Shown here: one piece after another, positions 1 through 10,498 of the stretch
Numbering within the stretch: the first letter of the stretch is position 1
Layout: every line of letters begins with the position of its first letter
Assembly: GCA_002269645.1 (NCBI GenBank)
Contig: NIVC01001520.1
Location: 1 to 64,000 of the forward strand
Direction of reading: 5' to 3'
DNA from: Macrostomum lignano
Lineage: Eukaryota
Length of the DNA stretch: 64,000 nucleotides
Notes under the pieces: model-generated
The model's database searches: none
What the model saw: only the letters and a program-made list of their open reading frames with translations
Told to the model about the DNA's origin: nothing
Made by a program: the position numbers and the translations under genes

Positions 1-1292
1 TTGAATGGTTGTAACATTACTACGACAGGAGAGCGTTCTGCTACATAGAACAGTGCCTTGAGCATTTTCTAAGAGACACGTCTGTATCGAAGAAATTGCT
101 TCTTATCTATGACGTTGGTAAGTGCATCTTTTGCATACTATGTCCGTATAATTTAGCGGGATCAAAATAAAGTACATACATTTTTCTCACATCTCACTGC
201 AGGCTGCCGCGTTTCAGCTCGCGTACAATCCGCAGTTACTAATCTGGTGCTAACGTACAGGCCTCTTCATGTGCCATCAATGCATTCCACGCACCTTGGC
301 CACAAACCAAGCTGCCAAAGAAGGTTCTCTGTGCGTGTCACTCCTGGAGCGGGCTTGTGTGATGGCGAGAAACACAGAGAGAGCTTGGGCACAACTTCGC
401 CATATGGGCATTCACTAAAGTACATGCGACCTGATCGTAGGAGCACCTGTATGTCTCAAATTCTGTTTCATTTCAATGCGAATCAATTGTTTAACACACG
501 CCCAGTGGTTCCAGCAACGTCTCAGACTTTTGGACAGTACGATAAAAAACATGTCTTCGGAAATGAACTCACTTCTTGATGATGCACGAATACAGCAAGC
601 TTCCGGAATTTTAGACGGAAGCTTAGTACTTTCGGAGTTCAAATTCGGAATCTCGGCCGTCAGTGGCATCAGAACTCTCTTATAGGCGCAGTAGAAAACT
701 CTGAAAACGACCTTCTATCTAATATTCGTTCGCTTGCAGTTCTCAGAGAACATTGGCTGCGACAGTCTGGACTAAATATGGGCCAAGGTCATAACAGAGC
801 TTGCTTGCGCCGTGTACAAGGTTTGACTTCAGAAATGAAAGCTGATATTAATCGTCTGCCGGAAGAGACCCGGGTTCTTTTGATCAGTATCGGAAGCCAA
901 ATAGTTCAAAGTACGATGGTTTATCTGAATCAGCTACTTCTGTCCGTTTCCGTCGGCGTGCAATCGATCTCTATCATAAGTACGACAGAGTGAATGAGGA
1001 ACTGCATATCGTATCTGAGGAATGGTATGACTTTATTGTAAAAATGGACATGGTTTGCAAGAGTCTAGATAATCAGGCTGGTTTGGCGGCTCAGTTTCGA
1101 AAACTATTTCGATCAATTTTAGAAAGAGTTGTAAATCTTGACGTTCCAGCAAGGGCAGAATATTTTCGACTCATTTTGGGCGGCGCAGAACAAAGCATTG
1201 AAAATGTTCCTCCTATTAGCAACGACTCGCCAACTGAGTCGGCGACTGAGTCTTCAGCGTCTGAATCGGATGATTCAGAAGATACTTTTTGA
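1..1292 (+). mobile_element. KDZ (Kyakuja-Dileera-Zisupton) transposase, C-terminal part; interrupted by about eight 1-nt frameshifts and an intron at 118-202; the 5' part lies outside the window
   Basis: Joining frames gives LNGCNITTTGER(F)CYIEQCLEHF...LLLIYDVGC, then CAINAFHA(L)GHKPSCQRRFSVRVTPGAGLCDGE, then TERAWAQLRH, GHSLKYMRPDRR, and later RAIDLYHKYDRVNEELHIVSEEW. This order (GE-x2-Y; YDxGC; FH-x2-H-x3-CQ; GxGxxDGE-x2-ER-x-W) matches the KDZ transposase core. Intron GTAAGT(118)...CTGCAG(202) keeps the YDV|GC frame. Confidence 0.8.
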
Positions 1293-1816
1293 GCAAGTTT
1301 AAATTTTTTAGTTAGCTGAACACTTCAATTACACAGTGATTTATTGTGTCGGCTGTTTCCAAAGCACTTGCAATAAAATTATTCAAAAATTGCTGTGCCA
1401 ATAGATGTCATTTTTAACCTCACTTGCACACAATAGCTCAAGTGTGCTGTGAATTCGCTGCTCAGCTGTATCATTCCTGGGTCCATGTGCTCTGCTTACA
1501 CGTAGCGGACCTGTTAACGTTAATTAATTCAGTTTAATGCAGTGATGAACTGTCACTCAGTTTATAAACTGGCGCTAAATTGTTTTGATTAACGGAGCCA
1601 AAGAGCACTTATTTATTTCGTTACCTTTTATACTACACTTCATTGCATGAAAATTAAACTGCCGTTAAGTTGACATTTTCGCCCGTTATGGTGTTATTAA
1701 ACGATATGTTGGTTGCTTTTTCTCATTTTTAAGTCGTCAATATTAGTTAGGACTCAGTTTTCGATCCCGATTGCCATTCTCAAATCCATAGAATCGACTC
1801 AAGACCCTAGCTGTAG
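1246..1816 (+). repeat. Direct repeat copy 1 (last ~47 nt of the transposase CDS, AATAAA at 1372-1377, and spacer)
   Basis: 1246-1798 reads identical to 3078-3630 (offset 1832); similarity continues to about 1816/3662. Confidence 0.95.
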
Positions 1817-2013
1817 TCCTAAGTTTTTAGTATCACAAAGATTTAGTACTCAATCAATCTGTCTTTCATGTCGACATGTGTCCACCTTTTTACAGATTTC
1901 TTATTGAAATCCGAAAGTGATTGTGTTATCTGAAACGAGTCGGCAAAAATCAATTAATTTACTCTTTTTGTGGTAATAATCTATCAATCTTTGGCTACGA
2001 TCACAAATCTACC

Positions 2014-3012
2014 ATGACGACTGAAAAGTACGAGTGCCCTCTGTGTCTTCCTGGTTTAAGTACCTATAGTGCTCGAGCTGATCGACTTCTTTTGCATGCA
2101 ACTAAAAAGCATGCTTTAGACGCTAAAAGAGCAAGTTGCATAATTCAATATCTTCGTTGGTCCAGAAAGTCAGATGTAAAATTATGCGCGCTATGTGATC
2201 AGTTTGCTGTAAATTTGCGAGATCACTACGCTAAATGTCATGCGGGCGATTACAGGCGTCTTAACTCCTTATTAACTGGACAACCAGCTATCAGGTTGGC
2301 GAGAAAACGTGCTCTGCGGCGATTCGGAGAACTGTACTGGTGTTTTATTGCCGACCAGCCTTTGCCACGGTATCCGGATTCAAGTTACGAGAACGAAAAA
2401 CAGGGATTGCACGAGAGGTGAGTAATGTTATTGCCTATCCTGCTTTTCAAGATTTGATCAGACATGTAAACGGTTGTATAAACCTAAAAATATCTTTGTA
2501 TATCCTCCCACAGAGAACAAGAGTCGCGGGCTGGTAAACAGTCTTGTCTCCGAATCTATACAAAAGCCTCAAAACTTCTTCCGGCAAAAGTTACAGTTCA
2601 GTTAGCGGGTGAGAAGGGTTATGGACTGTTTTCTGATGAGAATATCAAGGCGAAGTCATTCGTCTGTTTCTATGGTGGAGCAGTTTTATCCAAAAAAGAA
2701 GGGGCGGCTAGGGAAGAAAAGCGATCTCGCGAAGGAGATTCGCCCGCATTCGCCTTTTTCTATTTTTATGGTTCAAAATCATTATGCGAAGACGCTACCC
2801 TCACTGATTCTGTAGGTCGCTATATTAATCATAGTCGACTGAACCCAAACTTGGTTCCTAGTGTCATATCACCTTGCAAAGACATTGGACGCCACACAAG
2901 CCGAATAGGATTTTTTGCATTACATAATATTCCCAAGGGAATTGAGTTGCTTTATGATTATGGTGAACGAGATGAAGAGTGTTTGCAAAAGTTTCCGTGG
3001 CTAAACTCTTAA
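2014..3012 (+). CDS. C2H2-like zinc-finger + SET-domain lysine methyltransferase, PR-Set7/SETD8-like; exons 2014-2417 and 2514-3012; 300 aa
   Basis: Exon 1: MTTEKYECPLCLPG...HATKKH and CALCDQFAVNLRDHYAKCH. Phase-2 intron GTGAGT(2418)...CCACAG(2513) joins in frame. Exon 2: GEKGYGLF...FVCFYGG...CEDAT...VGRYINHSRLNPN...ELLYDYGERDEECLQKFPWLNS*. The NHS, ELLYDYG and terminal PWL motifs are SET8-family hallmarks. The ORF track missed exon 2 because it has no early start codon. Confidence 0.88.
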
Positions 3013-3077
3013 TTTTTTCGCATGTCGTTCGCACTGTCTACATTCCTAGGTTACTGTCCTTCGCACATCTGCTTTAC

Positions 3078-3662
3078 CTGAGTCTTCAGCGTCTGAATCG
3101 GATGATTCAGAAGATACTTTTTGAGCAAGTTTAAATTTTTTAGTTAGCTGAACACTTCAATTACACAGTGATTTATTGTGTCGGCTGTTTCCAAAGCACT
3201 TGCAATAAAATTATTCAAAAATTGCTGTGCCAATAGATGTCATTTTTAACCTCACTTGCACACAATAGCTCAAGTGTGCTGTGAATTCGCTGCTCAGCTG
3301 TATCATTCCTGGGTCCATGTGCTCTGCTTACACGTAGCGGACCTGTTAACGTTAATTAATTCAGTTTAATGCAGTGATGAACTGTCACTCAGTTTATAAA
3401 CTGGCGCTAAATTGTTTTGATTAACGGAGCCAAAGAGCACTTATTTATTTCGTTACCTTTTATACTACACTTCATTGCATGAAAATTAAACTGCCGTTAA
3501 GTTGACATTTTCGCCCGTTATGGTGTTATTAAACGATATGTTGGTTGCTTTTTCTCATTTTTAAGTCGTCAATATTAGTTAGGACTCAGTTTTCGATCCC
3601 GATTGCCATTCTCAAATCCATAGAATCGACACCTTAGAATCGACTTAAGACCCTAGCTGTAG
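3078..3662 (+). repeat. Direct repeat copy 2
   Basis: Starts 66 nt after the SET stop codon. Identical to 1246-1798, then a short TAGAATCGAC duplication. Confidence 0.95.
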
Positions 3663-4017
3663 GCCTAAACTTTGCGCTATCTATAAGAAGTCAGCATCGA
3701 ATACTTGATCAGTCTTGATGTCATACTTGATACGGACCCCTCAGCCAGGAGTGCTGTTATCTTTTCTCCAGGCCATTCAGTCATACTAATCTCTTTTTGT
3801 ATAATGGTACCCTATGGTTATTTAGTTATACTTACTAATATTATACAGTGCAACCCTGTCCCCATAATTCAATCAGCTTTAACTAGATGTAACTTTTGCT
3901 ACTGACTTTCTTCAGTTACTAAAAAAACAATGCTATACTTATTTCAGCTAGCCACTCGACGCATTGAAATTAAGTCTTCTAAAACACCAATCCAATTATT
4001 CAACAACTGTTTTAGCC

Positions 4018-4836
4018 ATGCCTAATAAACACGCAAAAATCTGTTGCTTTTTGTGCTCATGGACTGGTAGAACGTACCAATTGTGGCGACATCGGGAAAA
4101 GTTTCACCCTACCACAACTGATGAGCAGATTCAGGCCATGATTGATCTGTCTAAAGCCAATTCGAAGGCCAAGTCTGTGGCTCTCTGCCCTCTCTGCCAG
4201 GATATGATTTCTTGCCCTAGAATGCACTTTCGAAACAACCATGCTTCCGAATTTCAAACTCCAAGTCGTAGAAAAGACCTGGCAGGTCGGGCTGCTACTA
4301 AGCGAATGAGAAAACAAGCTTCCGTACGTCTGGCAGAGCTTCGCGACTTGGCAGTTGTAAAAGAAGTGCCCATCCACTATGCTCCATTCGATCAAGTAGT
4401 CCTGGACATTCAACATCTGGTTTATAATTACGAAATAAGCGAGACAGACAACGTTGCTCCACTCCGTGCAGCTTCACAACCTGTTGCAGCCTCAACTTCT
4501 ACTGCGGCATCTAGTCCTAAGCAATCTGATCGGCATTGCACATTTTCTGGGTGCAACTGTGGTGCACCAAGACTGCCTTGTGCTACATCAACAAAAGAAA
4601 TTGCCAATTGTATTCCTAGATGCTCACTAGGAAATTTAAAAAAATCTCCAGGAAAAAAATTCCCCGCTGCAATCGGCCCAGTTCCTATTCCTCTCAAGCC
4701 TAAAGCAATTGTTCCTCTCACAATAGTTCCACAACCCGTTATTCGCAGACGGAAATCGTCACATGAAGTTAAAGTAACTAAATTTGATCCAAACCTGGTG
4801 TCCTCTTCCCCAAAAAGCAATCGATTTGCTGATTAG
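4018..4836 (+). CDS. Double C2H2-like zinc-finger protein with a low-complexity Pro/Lys-rich tail (272 aa from ATG 4018)
   Basis: Open frame. CFLCSWTGRTYQLWRHREKFH and CPLCQDMISCPRMHFRNNH have the same two-finger layout as the N-terminus of the SET gene, followed by a basic helix. Confidence 0.65.
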   Translation: MPNKHAKICCFLCSWTGRTYQLWRHREKFHPTTTDEQIQAMIDLSKANSKAKSVALCPLCQDMISCPRMHFRNNHASEFQTPSRRKDLAGRAATKRMRKQASVRLAELRDLAVVKEVPIHYAPFDQVVLDIQHLVYNYEISETDNVAPLRAASQPVAASTSTAASSPKQSDRHCTFSGCNCGAPRLPCATSTKEIANCIPRCSLGNLKKSPGKKFPAAIGPVPIPLKPKAIVPLTIVPQPVIRRRKSSHEVKVTKFDPNLVSSSPKSNRFAD

Positions 4837-4978
4837 ACCTTTTAATAGTCCTTGAACCCCGACCCCTTCTCCTACTCACTGTAATGGCAATCTCTGAGCG
4901 AGCAGAAATACAAAATTAATTTAACAGTTTATTCTCAAGCACTTGCAATCATTAAAATTATCGTATAAAGTGGTAATT

Positions 4979-5228
4979 AAAAATTGCTGTGCCAATAGAT
5001 GTCATTTTTAACCTCACTTGCACACAATAGCTCAAGTGTGCTGTGAATTCGCTGCTCAGCTGTATCATTCCTGGGTCCATGTGCTCTGCTTACACGTAGC
5101 GGACCTGTTAACGTTAATTAATTCAGTTTAATGCAGTGATGAACTGTCACTCAGTTTATAAACTGGCGCTAAACTGTTTTGATTAATGGAGCCAAAGAGC
5201 ACTTATTTATTTCGTTACCTTTTATACT
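4979..5228 (+). repeat. Direct repeat copy 3 (partial)
   Basis: Matches 1385-1634 with about two substitutions (AAACTG/AAATTG; TTAATGG/TTAACGG). Confidence 0.9.
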
Positions 5229-5589
5229 TTTGTTATTGATTATTTTTCAATCAGGTGTACTTCCATTTAGATCACTGTTTGTTGACAGTTTATCGTTCCA
5301 TTTTCTACTAAATACACGTTGTTATAATTAAGTTATAGTTTACTTTAACGACTTCATTGTGTATTGCATTTGTTTTCTTCTTTTACACACTTATTGCAAT
5401 GTTAACATTTGACAATGACTTATGATTTTACTTAGATTCGCCCGTCTAGATTTGCTCTTTTACAATTGCCCATCCAGAATCACCCTTTTTATCACACCCT
5501 CCTCCAGGTCATTCAGTCATGCTACTTTCACTGTGTATCTCTATTTTATGTCCTATCTACTCTTCTTTGTTGTATGACTCAATCATTAG

Positions 5590-5892
5590 TAATGTCCATC
5601 GCCGCGAAGCTGTTCAACCGGCTCCTGCTTACCCCGTTGCAGCCCGTGCTGGATCCCTACCTGCGGACCGAGCAGAACGGGTTCCGGCCAAGACGCGGCA
5701 CTGTTACGCAGATCCTGGCCCTTCGGTGAGTCATCGAGCAGGCGCGCACTCGGCGGTATCCGGACTGCCTGCTGGCCGATGCTGGCGCCCCCGACCAGGC
5801 CGGTGGACCGGCCTTTCTCCGCTCCCGTGCTCTGGGGCGCGACCTGTGATGCCCAACCTCGACCCTGGGGCGTAACTTGTTGTTGTTGTCAG
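5590..5892 (+). mobile_element. Non-LTR retrotransposon (RTE-like) reverse transcriptase remnant
   Basis: SIAAKLFNRLLL...DPYLRTEQNGFRPRRGTVTQILALR*VIEQA is the conserved LINE RT segment (Q-x-GFR). It has an in-frame stop and ends near a (TTG)n tract at about 5877-5890. Confidence 0.75.
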
Positions 5893-6591
5893 TCATTAGT
5901 CGCCAAGATTTCGCGCCATCTTGACATTTAGTGTTTAACAATGCCAATATGACAATGTCGATATGTAAACTGTAGCATACTTGATCCCTGATAAACCGTT
6001 TTGCATTCAACGCAACACTGATTTTTAGTATCTGTAAAATCGGTTCTTAAACTTCTTCCAATATTTTGTATCTGGAAATTTTCTATTTCTCATTCTATTC
6101 TATTACGTTCTATTCCATTGTATTCTAAGACATTCTATTTTCTATTTTTGCGGCAGGGGCGGCAGCTGCAGCACTAAAGTTAGCAGGTTCCATCTGGAAA
6201 AGAAATCGGACGTGTGAGTGGAAAAGGACCATTTCTTCGGGCCATCTTTAAAATATAATGATGAATTGCGACCTTACAACATTATGCTAGTGTATGTCCC
6301 TAAACTATAGTGCACATGTTTCGCTCATACTACTTTTAGTATCCTACTAGAGATCCTACTATCTACTATCTAACTACTACTAACTACTAACTAACTACTT
6401 TCCGGATATACGAGTTGTACAAAAAATGATGAATTAATAAAGATATACTACGCTCTAAAAGCAAAATGTTATTAGCTGCTAAGGGCCATTCAGTCATTTA
6501 TAAAAATAGACTATTTTATACCAGTTTTGTTACCATTTTCTTCAGTTTAAATTAAAGCTTGTAAGTGGAAATTTGTCTATATACAATGAGG

Positions 6592-6722
6592 CCTGTGGCG
6601 CAAAAATGAGTGGCTGCGGAGCTAAAAATGAGTGGCTGCGGAGCTAAAAATGAGTACCTGTGGCGCTAAAATGAGTGCCTGCGGCGCTAAAATGAGTACC
6701 TGCGGCGCTGAAATGAGTGCTG
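6592..6722. repeat. 21-22-bp minisatellite, about 6 copies
   Basis: Unit approximately AAAATGAGTACCTGCGGCGCT. Confidence 0.85.
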
Positions 6723-6976
6723 ACAACACGGATTCTGATAGTAATGTACGTGTAGGAATTTCGTCGTGTACATTTACATGTAGTAGAAATCTTGGCTTTG
6801 TCACCCACCATAAAATCCATGGCGACGAGCCTGAGTGCATAACTACAACACCGAGTTGCTTTAAATATGCATTTACGCGGCTATCATGTGCCAGCAGGGG
6901 CGCATCCAGAGGCTACAGGATGTTGCATGGGGCTCAGTAAAAATCGAGTTTCTTTTCTTAATTGTTGTAAAAGCAG

Positions 6977-9477
6977 AGAGCAGAGAAGTAGAAAGATCAA
7001 GGGATCTTTGAGTTGTGGGGTAAGTTTTGGAGATATATGGCACATGGCACCTTTTTCGAGATGCAAGATAGACTGCATGGTCTGGTCAGCTATCAATTTA
7101 TAAGGCATGAGAGTGGAACTGATGTGCAGGTATACCCAGCTTTTGCTAATGTTTTGCCAATTTCTTAATCTCAAGCTCAAATTCTTATTCCTGATTCCTC
7201 ACGTTGGGGTAAATATGAGATCAGAGTGCAGGCGAGGGGATAGAAAAGAATACATATAACATATCAGATACATCAAGTACATATTGAAAGATGAGAGAGA
7301 GATCGAGAGAAGATGACACGAGAGAAGAGTGCGTGCTATATAGTAAAGGAGAAATGAGAATTGAGAGCAGAGAAGTAGAAAGATCAAGAGATCTTTGAGT
7401 TATGGGGTAAGTTTTGGAGATATGTGGCACATGGCACCTTTTTCGAGATGCAAGATAGACTGCATGGTCTGGTCAGCTATCAATTTATAAGGCATGAGAG
7501 TGGAACTGATGTGCAGGTATACCCAGCTTTTGCTAATGTTTTGCCAATTTCTTAATCTCAAGCTCAAATTCTTATTCCTGATTCCTCACGTTGGGGTAAA
7601 TATGAGATCAGAGTGCAGGCGAGGGGATAGAAAAGAATACATATAACATATCAGATACATCAAGTACATATTGAAAGATGAGAGAGAGATCGAGAGAAGA
7701 TGACACGAGAGAAGAGTGCGTGCTATATAGTAAAGGAGAAATGAGAATTGAGAGCAGAGAAGTAGAAAGATCAAGAGATCTTTGAGTTATGGGGTAAGTT
7801 TTGGAGATATATGGCACATGGCACCTTTTTCGAGATGCAAGATAGACTGCATGGTCTGGTCAGCTATCAATTTATAAGGCATGAGAGTGGAACTGATGTG
7901 CAGGTATACCCAGCTTTTGCTAATGTTTTGCCAATTTCTTAATCTCAAGCTCAAATTCTTATTCCTGATTCCTCACGTTGGGGTAAATATGAGATCAGAG
8001 TGCAGGCGAGGAATAGAAAAGAATACATATAACATATCAGATACATCAAGTACATATTGAAAGATGAGAGAGAGATCGAGAGAAGATGACACGAGAGAAG
8101 AGTGCGTGCTATATAGTAAAGGAGAAATGAGAATTGAGAGCAGAGAAGTAGAAAGATCAAGAGATCTTTGAGTTATGGGGTAAGTTTTGGAGATATGTGG
8201 CACATGGCACCTTTTTCGAGATGCAAGATAGACTGCATGGTCTGGTCAGCTATCAATTTATAAGGCATGAGAGTGGAACTGATGTGCAGGTATACCCAGC
8301 TTTTGCTAATGTTTTGCCAATTTCTTAATCTCAAGCTCAAATTCTTATTCCTGATTCCTCACGTTGGGGTAAATATGAGATCAGAGTGCAGGCGAGGGGA
8401 TAGAAAAGAATACATATAACATATCAGATACATCAAGTACATATTGAAAGATGAGAGAGAGATCGAGAGAAGATGACACGAGAGAAGAGTGCGTGCTATA
8501 TAGTAAAGGAGAAATGAGAATTGAGAGCAGAGAAGTAGAAAGATCAAGAGATCTTTGAGTTATGGGGTAAGTTTTGGAGATATATGGCACATGGCACCTT
8601 TTTCGAGATGCAAGATAGACTGCATGGTCTGGTCAGCTATCAATTTATAAGGCATGAGAGTGGAACTGATGTGCAGGTATACCCAGCTTTTGCTAATGTT
8701 TTGCCAATTTCTTAATCTCAAGCTCAAATTCTTATTCCTGATTCCTCACGTTGGGGTAAATATGAGATCAGAGTGCAGGCGAGGGGATAGAAAAGAATAC
8801 ATATAACATATCAGATACATCAAGTACATATTGAAAGATGAGAGAGAGATCGAGAGAAGATGACACGAGAGAAGAGTGCGTGCTATATAGTAAAGGAGAA
8901 ATGAGAATTGAGAGCAGAGAAGTAGAAAGATCAAGAGATCTTTGAGTTGTGGGGTAAGTTTTGGAGATATATGGCACATGGCACCTTTTTCGAGATGCAA
9001 GATAGACTGCATGGTCTGGTCAGCTATCAATTTATAAGGCATGAGAGTGGAACTGATGTGCAGGTATACCCAGCTTTTGCTAATGTTTTGCCAATTTCTT
9101 AATCTCAAGCTCAAATTCTTATTCCTGATTCCTCACGTTGGGGTAAATATGAGATCAGAGTGCAGGCGAGGGGATAGAAAAGAATACATATAACATATCA
9201 GATACATCAAGTACATATTGAAAGATGAGAGAGAGATCGAGAGAAGATGACACGAGAGAAGAGTGCGTGCTATATAGTAAAGGAGAAATGAGAATTGAGA
9301 GCAGAGAAGTAGAAAGATCAAGAGATCTTTGAGTTATGGGGTAAGTTTTGGAGATATATGGCACATGGCACCTTTTTCGAGATGCAAGATAGACTGCATG
9401 GTCTGGTCAGCTATCAATTTATAAGGCATGAGAGTGGAACTGATGTGCAGGTATACCCAGCTTTTGCTAATGTTTTG
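6977..9477. repeat. 387-bp tandem repeat, about 6.5 near-identical copies
   Basis: AGAGCAGAGAAGTAGAAAGATCAAG recurs every 386-387 nt; the ORF track repeats the same peptides at this period. Confidence 0.97.
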
Positions 9478-9577
9478 GTATGTCATAGTATTCTGGTCAT
9501 AGTATTCTGGTCATAGTATTCTGGTCATAGTATTCTGGTCATAGTATTCTGGTCATTGTATTCTGGTCATTGTATTC
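9478..9577. repeat. 14-bp minisatellite (GGTCATAGTATTCT)n
   Basis: About 7 direct copies. Confidence 0.9.
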
Positions 9578-10147
9578 ATCAAAAGTGCGTAGGAAAAAGC
9601 CAGCTATAAAATGGATGGACTTGAAGCCGCAGACTCCGGAAAAGTTTAACCCGTGTTCCAATCAGCAGCTGACCATTGCCGGATGAGCGCACACAGTTCT
9701 AGCCATAAAAACACGGGAATGCCACACAAGACCAAGTTCTGAGTGCGCAGAACCTCACATGTCGGCGGCATGCACTTCAGGCGTCCACGGTTTTGCTGCC
9801 GATTGTGCACCAAGTTTTCGGTGGCCACGCTGATGTGGCTGACGCTTGTCTCGGCTTGCCGTCTGTTGGTTCTGCCGCCGAAGGCGGAGAAGACGCCCGC
9901 TGCGGTAACGCCGCTGATGCTCACGACGAAGCTGACGACGACTTCTTGGCCGACGCCGATGACGACAGTGTCGAAGAAGACAGCGACAACGAAAGGATCA
10001 GCGCCTGCAAGAACAACTGACGGCGGCGACCGACGATGGAGACGGCGGAGGCGGCGGCCGCGACCGCAGTTGCTTGAAAAGTCTTCTGGAATCGGACTGA
10101 CTGGCGTCAATAGTGGGGTTTATTGGGTTGTCGTGTGATGGTGCGCC

Positions 10148-10498
10148 TAGAAACAGAGATTGGGTATCTAGAGACAGAGATTGGGTATCTAGAGACAGAG
10201 ATTGGGTATCTAGAGACAGAGATTGGGTATCTAGAGACAGAGATTGGGTATCTAGAGACAGAGATTGGGTATCTAGAGACAGAGATTGGGTATCTAGAGA
10301 CAGAGATTGGGTATCTAGAGACAGAGATTGGGTATCTAGAGACAGAGATTGGGTATCTAGAGACAGAGATTGGGTATCTAGAGACAGAGATTGGGTATCT
10401 AGAGACAGAGATTGGGTATCTAGAGACAGAGATTGGATATCTAGAGACAGAGATTGGGTATCTAGAGACAGAGATTGGGTATCTAGAGACAGAGATTG
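10148..10498. repeat. 21-bp minisatellite (GAGACAGAGATTGGGTATCTA)n
   Basis: About 16 nearly perfect copies. Confidence 0.97.
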
